Source: an archaeon (GTDB lineage: Archaea > SpSt-1190 > DYHY01). Taken from it: a stretch of DNA of 64,000 nucleotides. The position numbers and the translations under genes are program-made. This document shows positions 61,384 to 64,000 of the stretch, piece after piece. The stretch is taken from assembly GCA_037442745.1 (NCBI GenBank), contig JBBIPP010000004.1:16027-80026 (forward strand), given 5' to 3'. The first letter of the stretch is position 1; each line of letters starts with the position of its first letter. The notes beneath the pieces were generated by a model. That model was not told where the DNA came from, did not search any database, and saw only the letters and a list, made by a program, of their open reading frames with translations.

Positions 61384-64000
61384 TCAGTTCTGTCTATTCT
61401 GCTGGCCCCGGCCGAGTTTCGCGTAAAACACAATTGAATATGCGAATGCAAGGATTAATGCGAATATCAACATCGGCACTTTCAGGCCAATTTTGATTTC
61501 TTTGAGGTCATTTTCGGACTCTTCGTTTTCAGGCAATCCGTCGGGCATATTCGGCCGGGAATTCAGGGAGATAACGGATATTGCAAAAGTTGAGAATCCC
61601 GGGCTCTCTGATGTGTAGAAAAAGTGCGTTCCGTTCGTCCCGGTAATTGTCGCATTCAATATGAACCAGCCTTTGGAACCTGTCGGATTCCTCAAAAGGA
61701 CTACTTCGGAAGGGTGCGCTCCTATTGAGCGAAGCCAAGATTCTTCGACTGAGAACCTAAAAGTTGCTGAAAAAATTTCCTCCGGATTCGTGGAGTTGGC
61801 AATAAACCCGGAGTATATCTGGGCTTTTATGATTGACAAGTTCTCCTGTAAAGGCGCGATTTTGATTGTTGTCGGATTTTTCAAGTCCCTGAAAGAGAGA
61901 GAAACTGCTTGGAGAAACGGCGTTCCGGAAAGATTTGGGACGAGTTCAATTGGCTTTTTTGATTCTGTTCCCCGGAAAATAAAAGTCTCGAAAACCCCGT
62001 TTTCCCTCCTTTCGCGGTTGGGGCTGTATTGCTCATTTACCCCGGGGTGTTTGGGCATTTTTTCGTGGTCGGAAATCGGAACGGATGTTGATATGAAAAA
62101 CCTGCTTACGCTCGAAGAGCCTCTGTTGGAAGATACTGTTGTCGTTGTCGTTACCTGAATTGTCGATGTTGTTGTTGTCTGGACAGATGTTGTCGAGGTA
62201 GTCGGGCATCCGCAGTCGCTTGCGCAGTCGCATGCAAGTTCACCTGTCTCGCAGAATCCGTTCCCGCAAACAGGGCTTGTGGTGAAATTGAACTGGCAAT
62301 ATGCTGTGTTTGAAGCTCCGTATTTGACTGACAAATTGAGAGTGTGGTTTCCCGCAAGGGGCGCGGAAAAATTCAGGGAAAAATTCCCATCTGCCGACGA
62401 ATTGGACTGGACTGTCCCGTTGAGCGTTCCGGGAGAAACTGACCAATTGACTTGCGCACTAACCGGAACAGCGGTTCCGTTCAAATAGTCGAGGAGAGCC
62501 AAGCCTGAAACAAAAAAGTTTTCGGTTGAATTTGCGCTCACTGGCAGAGTAACGTTCTCAATTGTCGCATTCGCCCGTTCGAAAACCGAAAAATGTGCTG
62601 GAAGGACTGGGGAAATCGAATCCCCTTGCCAGAACTCTTGATGCTCGGTTATGCATCCTGTTTCCGGGCAGAAAGCGGAAAAATTTGAGCTGTTTGAGAA
62701 ATATGCAGAGAAATTTGAAAGATTCAGGCTAGTGTTCAGAAAAACCGAAAAAACGGGAATGCTCCCGTTCAACTTCTCCGAAGATTCCGAGAAAATCACC
62801 CATTCAATTCCTGTCCAATTCGTTGAGGAGGCGTTCTGGGACAATATTGTTATGCTAACGTTTTCATCCCCTAGAAATGCGCTCTCAAAGGAAAATGTGG
62901 GCGGAAGGGCGAAGCCAGTCTTGTTCGCGAAGAAAGTCCCGACCCCCCTTCCAAAGGTCGCGTTTGTGGAAGCGGAAAGCGTCAGGTTGGAGGAATATGC
63001 CGGGAGAATTTGAAAAGTCGCGTTCTCCAGTACGGAAAATCCAAGATATGTGCAGTTCAAGGAGGCGTTCAGTTCCCCGGAAGAAGCGTTTGTCGCGTTC
63101 CATTGGAGGAATTCCAAGGAGACGTTTCCGCCTTCCAAGAAAGCAATGGAAGAATTGGAAAGAATTGTGTCGCCGAGGACGTTTCCGGTGCACGAGGCTC
63201 CAGACAAATCAACGCCTGTCGGGCGAAGGACTGCGGAAAATGTCACGTTTTCATTCAGCCAGACGGAGGAGTTTCCTGCCGAAAAAGATGCGATTTCGAA
63301 CGGCTCAAAGCAGGAAAGTGAGAGGTTCTTTGATTCTGTCAGGTTCGCGAAATCTAGGCGCGCCGAAAAAATTTGCGTTCCGTTGATTGGGCACGATGCG
63401 CTGAACGAATGGCTTTCCGCTCCTTGGGCCGATGAAACAAGTCCTCCTGAAGAATTGAAAACCGAGAAATTTCCTGCGCCAAACAGGGAAGATAGGGAAA
63501 ATGACCCGTTCTCCCAGATATTCCGTTCAAGAGCCTCGCCAGAAGTGGCATTAAGGATGCTCGAAGATGCCCTAATTGACAAGTTCCCGGAATTTCCGGA
63601 CACGAACTTTACTGCCAAATAACCAGTTCCTGTAAAGTTCGGGAAATATGAGAATGATTCGTTCGAGCCAGTCTCGTTTGAAACTGACCGGTTTAGGATT
63701 GACGGCCTTCCGTATTGGTCGGGCGAGCCAGAATAGAGGAAAACGTCAGAATCGGTTCCTGAAGATCCTGCAAGGAAAAACATGGCAGTAGAATTTGCAA
63801 CGAGCGAAACCTTTCGTGCGAAAACTTTCCTTCCTGCGTTCTCGTTCGAGAGGGAAAAGTTAGCGCCAGTCCCGTTCAACGTCAGATTGTAGAGAACTGA
63901 TTCGAGGGCTCCGTCAATATTCATCCTGCCATAGCCCTCATAGTTGTCAGGTTCTCCCCTGTTGAGGACTGGGTTATAGAGACCGTTCTCCCGGAGCCGG
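61384..64000 (-). CDS. Large sequon-rich surface protein, 5'-partial (frame open to the window edge); Thr-rich linker, Cys-rich knot, C-terminal TM anchor
   Basis: The track ORF starts at M 63924, but the frame continues without a stop to 64000 (..NRGEPDNYEGYGRMNIDGAL, reminiscent of the end of a subtilase catalytic domain). CGNGFCETGELACDCASDCGCP, TTSTTSVQTTTTSTIQVTTTTT, TM MLIFALILAFAYSIVFYA. Confidence 0.8.
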   Translation of the reverse strand, partial: RLRENGLYNPVLNRGEPDNYEGYGRMNIDGALESVLYNLTLNGTGANFSLSNENAGRKVFARKVSLVANSTAMFFLAGSSGTDSDVFLYSGSPDQYGRPSILNRSVSNETGSNESFSYFPNFTGTGYLAVKFVSGNSGNLSIRASSSILNATSGEALERNIWENGSFSLSSLFGAGNFSVFNSSGGLVSSAQGAESHSFSASCPINGTQIFSARLDFANLTESKNLSLSCFEPFEIASFSAGNSSVWLNENVTFSAVLRPTGVDLSGASCTGNVLGDTILSNSSIAFLEGGNVSLEFLQWNATNASSGELNASLNCTYLGFSVLENATFQILPAYSSNLTLSASTNATFGRGVGTFFANKTGFALPPTFSFESAFLGDENVSITILSQNASSTNWTGIEWVIFSESSEKLNGSIPVFSVFLNTSLNLSNFSAYFSNSSNFSAFCPETGCITEHQEFWQGDSISPVLPAHFSVFERANATIENVTLPVSANSTENFFVSGLALLDYLNGTAVPVSAQVNWSVSPGTLNGTVQSNSSADGNFSLNFSAPLAGNHTLNLSVKYGASNTAYCQFNFTTSPVCGNGFCETGELACDCASDCGCPTTSTTSVQTTTTSTIQVTTTTTVSSNRGSSSVSRFFISTSVPISDHEKMPKHPGVNEQYSPNRERRENGVFETFIFRGTESKKPIELVPNLSGTPFLQAVSLSFRDLKNPTTIKIAPLQENLSIIKAQIYSGFIANSTNPEEIFSATFRFSVEESWLRSIGAHPSEVVLLRNPTGSKGWFILNATITGTNGTHFFYTSESPGFSTFAISVISLNSRPNMPDGLPENEESENDLKEIKIGLKVPMLIFALILAFAYSIVFYAKLGRGQQNRQN

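Noticed and set aside
61023-61451. 142-aa, 96-aa and 99-aa overlapping ORFs
   Set aside because: They overlap one another on both strands, their compositions are repeat-driven (PQTAR twice; RNDVRSE/RTDVRSE), they have no start context, and they overlap the 3' end of the giant surface-protein gene.

Overview
This window looks archaeal. It carries eS31, eL33, Kae1, diphthine synthase and Trm5, has TATA-box/poly-T signals, and has an orphan 5S rRNA gene. Compact genes plus giant surface proteins packed with N-x-S/T sequons suggest a DPANN-like, host-associated archaeon, but that is inference only. About 60 coding genes are supported. They include translation and tRNA-modification genes, a nucleotide house-cleaning cluster, a glycogen cluster with a GT3-type synthase, a class II ribonucleotide reductase next to a cob(I)alamin adenosyltransferase, sugar-nucleotide enzymes, one 5S rRNA and one tRNA-Leu(GAG). 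The best candidate for an undescribed system is at 25.06-33.97 kb. Two divergent operons there hold 13 consecutive genes, 12 of them membrane proteins with no recognisable enzyme, transporter or ATPase motif. At least seven belong to one paralog family. One member is tandemly triplicated, with a near-identical core and variable termini. A 632-aa polytopic protein sits at the divergence point. The second candidate is an operon at 42.3-50.8 kb in which a MinD/ParA ATPase with an aromatic C-terminal tail lies between two giant membrane-anchored surface proteins. Other oddities are a partial tandem duplication of the 5S rRNA 3' end and several interrupted genes: Ham1, a cytidine deaminase with an in-frame TAG, a PD-(D/E)XK nuclease and a HAD hydrolase. 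There is also a pair of nucleotidyltransferase fusions bracketing a coiled-coil gene, and a TIM-barrel protein split by a ~300-aa insertion. All family assignments come from motif recognition by eye; no database search was run.
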